64,000 bases of DNA, from positions 85,057-149,056 of the forward strand of contig JAGOUZ010000001.1 of assembly GCA_018060985.1 (NCBI GenBank). The letters are read 5' to 3'. Below are positions 61,269 through 64,000 of the stretch, piece by piece (position 1 is the stretch's first letter; the number at the start of each line of letters is the position of its first letter). The notes under the pieces were generated by a model. That model did no database searches and was not told the DNA's origin. It worked only from the letters and a program-made list of their open reading frames with translations. Position numbers and translations under genes: made by a program. This DNA is from Minisyncoccota bacterium (GTDB taxonomy: Bacteria; Patescibacteriota; Minisyncoccia; Phycocordibacterales; SBAW01).

Positions 61269-64000
61269 ATGTCCGCCCGCTTTACTCCCCTCCACATCCA
61301 CTCACACTTCTCACTCCTCAAGTCGCTACCAAAGATCCCCGACATTGTAGAAGCGGCAAAGGAGGCGGGCTGCGAGGCACTTGCCCTTACCGACATCGAC
61401 AACCTCTACGGCGCCATTGAGTTTTATAAAGAATGTAAGAGTGCGGGTATTAAGCCCATCATTGGCGTAGACGTACATGTGGGCGAAGGCAAGCGCCTGC
61501 TCTTGTATGCAGAAAATTTTGAAGGCTACCAAAACTTGTTGGCACTGGTTACCAAAGCGCACTTTGAGACACCCGAGAAGCCGACAGTAACCCCCACGAT
61601 GCTGGGCGAACACGCCGCCGGCGTTATCTTGCTCGACCCACTCGACAAAAGTGTAGCGCTGCAGGAAGTGTATTACTTAAAGCCGGAAGACCGCCGCGCC
61701 TGGGAAACGCTCTGTGCGATCGGCACGGGTGCGCCGCAAGATGACGGTGATATTAATGCAGAAGAAAAAGACTACTCTTTTTTAAACGCTAAGCAGATGG
61801 CGGCAAAGTTCTCTGCAGAGGCGCTGGCAAAAACGCTGGAGCTTGGAGCGCGCTGCAATGTCGAGCTTCCACTTGGTAGCTGGGTGTTCCCCGCGTACCC
61901 AATCCCCAAAGACTCAACGCCGTCTGACGAGCTGCGTAAACTCATCGAAGCAGGCATTAAGAGTCGTGGTCTAGAGAACGACCCCACTGCTCGCGAGCGC
62001 ATCGAGTACGAATATAAAATTATTACCGACAAAGGATACGCACCATACTTTTTAACCGTGGCCGACCTGCTTGCCTTTGCCCGCAGAAATAAAATCCTTA
62101 CGACCATTAGAGGTTCAGTTGCCGGCTCGCTCATTACCTATGTGACCGGCATTACGAACGTAAACCCGCTCAATTACAAACTCCCCTTCGAGCGCTTCTT
62201 AAACCCAGAGCGTCCCTCCGCTCCCGATATCGACATGGACTACGCCGACACAAGGCGCGATGAGGTGATTGAGTATGCTCGCAAAACATACGGTGCCGAC
62301 CACGTGGCGCAAATTGGTACCTTCGGCACCATGCTTGCGCGCGGCGTTGTGCGCGATGTAGCCCGCGCGCTTGGCTACCCGTACGGCCTTGGCGATCGTA
62401 TTGCTAAAGAAGTGCCGTTTGGCTCACAAGGCTTCCCGATGACGCTTGAACGCGCTCTTAAAGACAATACCGAGTTAGCCGCCATGTACAAAAACGAGCG
62501 CGAGGTAAAAGAAATTATTGACCTCGGCCAGAAGATAGAAGGCAATGCGCGCCACATTTCGGTACACGCAGCCGGCGTGGTTATCTCCCCAGGACCCTTA
62601 GTTACCTACGCCCCGCTTCAGCTTGACCCAAAAGGCGGCAAGATTATTACGCAGTACGACATGTACTCGATAGAAGAGGCGGGCCTGCTTAAGTTCGACT
62701 TCCTCGGTATTAGAAACCTTTCAATCCTCGCGAATGCGGTTGAGCTCGTAGAAACGACGCGCGGTGTTACGGTCGACATCGAAAATGTGCCTCTCGACGA
62801 TACCAAAACATTTGAGATGCTGGCGCGTGGCGAAACCGAAGGCACCTTCCAGCTGAACGGCGCCGGCATGACACGCTACCTTAAAGAGCTTAAGCCCTCG
62901 TCGATCCACGACATCAACGCCATGGTGGCACTCTTCCGCCCAGGCCCGATGGAAACCATTCCTCAATATATTGAGCGCAAGCATAACCCAGCACTCATTC
63001 AGTATCTCGACCCACGTATGAAAGAGTTCCTCGACTTTTCGTACGGAGTGCTTGTGTATCAGGACGACGTTCTTTTGACCGCTATTAAACTTGCCGGCTA
63101 CAGCTGGCTCGAGGCCGACAAACTGCGCAAAGCCATGGGTAAGAAAATTCCTGAGGTTATGGCCGCAGAAAAAGAGAAGCTGATTAAAGGTTTTATCGAG
63201 TTCGGTAAGCTTAAACCCCAGCTCGCAGAAAAACTGTGGAGCCTCATTGAGCCCTTTGCCGCGTACGGATTTAACAAAGCGCACGCTGCAAGCTATGGAA
63301 AAGTGGCGTACCAGACCGCGTACATGAAGGCCAACTATCCAGCTGAGTACATGACGGCACTACTTACCGCAGAAGCCGGCGACATCGACACGGTGGGTAT
63401 TTACGTCGCTGAGTGTAAGCGGTTAGGCATCCCGGTACTTGCGCCAAACGTTAATGAAAGTTTTGGCGACTTTACTGCACTCATTAGCGCGCAAACTGGC
63501 CGCACAGAGAAAGCTGCCAAGCTTGCCGGCAATGTGGAAATAGATTCGATCCGCTTCGGCCTGTACTCTATTAAAAACTTTGGCCGAGGTATTGCCGATG
63601 AACTAATTGCCGAGCGTAAAGCGGGAGGCCGCTTTACGTCGCTCTCAGATTTTTTAAGCCGTATTAAATCGCAGGGGTTAAACAAAAAAGGCCTCGAGTC
63701 GCTGATACAGTGCGGAGCGCTCGACAGCTTTGGGGAGCGCGGCCAAATGCTCGCACACCTAGAATTGTTGTTGCAATACCATCGCGACGCTGCTGCAGAC
63801 TCTGGCCACGACTCACTTTTTGCTGGCATGCACGAAATGGCAGAACTTAAACTCCCCCCAGCGCCAGAAGCGCCGATGGCGTCGCGTTTGGCTTGGGAAA
63901 AAGAACTGCTTGGCCTCTATGTCTCCGGCCACCCACTCGATAGGTTTAAGGAACAGTTGAGTAAGAGGCCAATGACCCTTACCGAACTCAAAACAAAAAT
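61269..64000 (+). CDS. dnaE: DNA polymerase III alpha subunit (DnaE), 5' part; continues past the window end
   Basis: MSARFTPLHIHSHFSLLKSLPKIPDIVEAAKEAGCEALALTDIDNLYGAIEFYKECKSAGIKPIIG (PHP domain). Downstream GIRNLSILANAVELV...FQLNGAGMTRYLKELKP...FRPGPME core. No stop before position 64000. Confidence 0.9.
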   Translation, partial: MSARFTPLHIHSHFSLLKSLPKIPDIVEAAKEAGCEALALTDIDNLYGAIEFYKECKSAGIKPIIGVDVHVGEGKRLLLYAENFEGYQNLLALVTKAHFETPEKPTVTPTMLGEHAAGVILLDPLDKSVALQEVYYLKPEDRRAWETLCAIGTGAPQDDGDINAEEKDYSFLNAKQMAAKFSAEALAKTLELGARCNVELPLGSWVFPAYPIPKDSTPSDELRKLIEAGIKSRGLENDPTARERIEYEYKIITDKGYAPYFLTVADLLAFARRNKILTTIRGSVAGSLITYVTGITNVNPLNYKLPFERFLNPERPSAPDIDMDYADTRRDEVIEYARKTYGADHVAQIGTFGTMLARGVVRDVARALGYPYGLGDRIAKEVPFGSQGFPMTLERALKDNTELAAMYKNEREVKEIIDLGQKIEGNARHISVHAAGVVISPGPLVTYAPLQLDPKGGKIITQYDMYSIEEAGLLKFDFLGIRNLSILANAVELVETTRGVTVDIENVPLDDTKTFEMLARGETEGTFQLNGAGMTRYLKELKPSSIHDINAMVALFRPGPMETIPQYIERKHNPALIQYLDPRMKEFLDFSYGVLVYQDDVLLTAIKLAGYSWLEADKLRKAMGKKIPEVMAAEKEKLIKGFIEFGKLKPQLAEKLWSLIEPFAAYGFNKAHAASYGKVAYQTAYMKANYPAEYMTALLTAEAGDIDTVGIYVAECKRLGIPVLAPNVNESFGDFTALISAQTGRTEKAAKLAGNVEIDSIRFGLYSIKNFGRGIADELIAERKAGGRFTSLSDFLSRIKSQGLNKKGLESLIQCGALDSFGERGQMLAHLELLLQYHRDAAADSGHDSLFAGMHEMAELKLPPAPEAPMASRLAWEKELLGLYVSGHPLDRFKEQLSKRPMTLTELKTK

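Noticed and set aside
61326-63829. Minus-strand ORFs (61326..61613, 61772..62134, 62721..63284, 63401..63829) and the + ORF 61012..61350
   Set aside because: Antisense or alternate frame to dnaE / rnhB. dnaE is open from 61269 to the window end, with clear PHP/core motifs.

Overview
This 64 kb window looks like bacterial chromosomal DNA at about 50% GC. Genes are tightly packed and many products carry signal peptides or TM anchors. I call about 55 CDS and find no rRNA, tRNA or CRISPR.

Layout, left to right:
- **1-447:** 3' end of a PQQ-type sugar dehydrogenase.
- **518-2584:** MASE1 hybrid histidine kinase.
- **2825-6024:** an undecaprenyl-phosphate / lipid-carrier cluster (UppP, GT4, small GT2, DedA).
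- **6672-7361:** OmpR-type response regulator.
- **7.5-11.7 kb:** a compact mannoside-phosphorolysis operon. It comprises a PMI-type cupin, a TM-anchored GH130, a tandem two-domain GH130 and a eukaryotic-type HAD phosphomannomutase. It converges on an 873-aa protein with four CBM-like domains and a CE4 deacetylase domain, joined by repeated Cys-rich linkers.
- **14.4-24.7 kb:** exported proteins. These include a DUF11/PG-binding surface protein, a Gly/Asn/Asp-repeat protein, a fused CE4 deacetylase-PG_binding-GT2 synthase (PgaB/PgaC-like), two β-sandwich membrane proteins and a thermonuclease-Excalibur protein.
- **25.3-30.6 kb:** a compositionally foreign (about 60%+ GC, very high GC3) glycan-modification island. 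It carries a split GT2 synthase + CE4 deacetylase, an LbH acyltransferase, a PIG-L/LmbE deacetylase, a degenerate NodB-like secreted protein and a 3D-domain protein.
- **Remainder, housekeeping:** nrdAB, a sigma factor, truB, hisS, dsbA, rpoD, dnaG, a fused rpoB-rpoC gene (2285 aa), trmD, a KH protein, rpsP, RNase R, a short SMC, rnc, a NusB-NUDIX fusion, rpmF, rnhB and the 5' part of dnaE.

The most unusual elements are the GC-rich island, the GH130 / eukaryotic-PMM operon, the rpoBC and NusB-NUDIX fusions, and a methyltransferase + PD-(D/E)xK nuclease pair with elevated GC.
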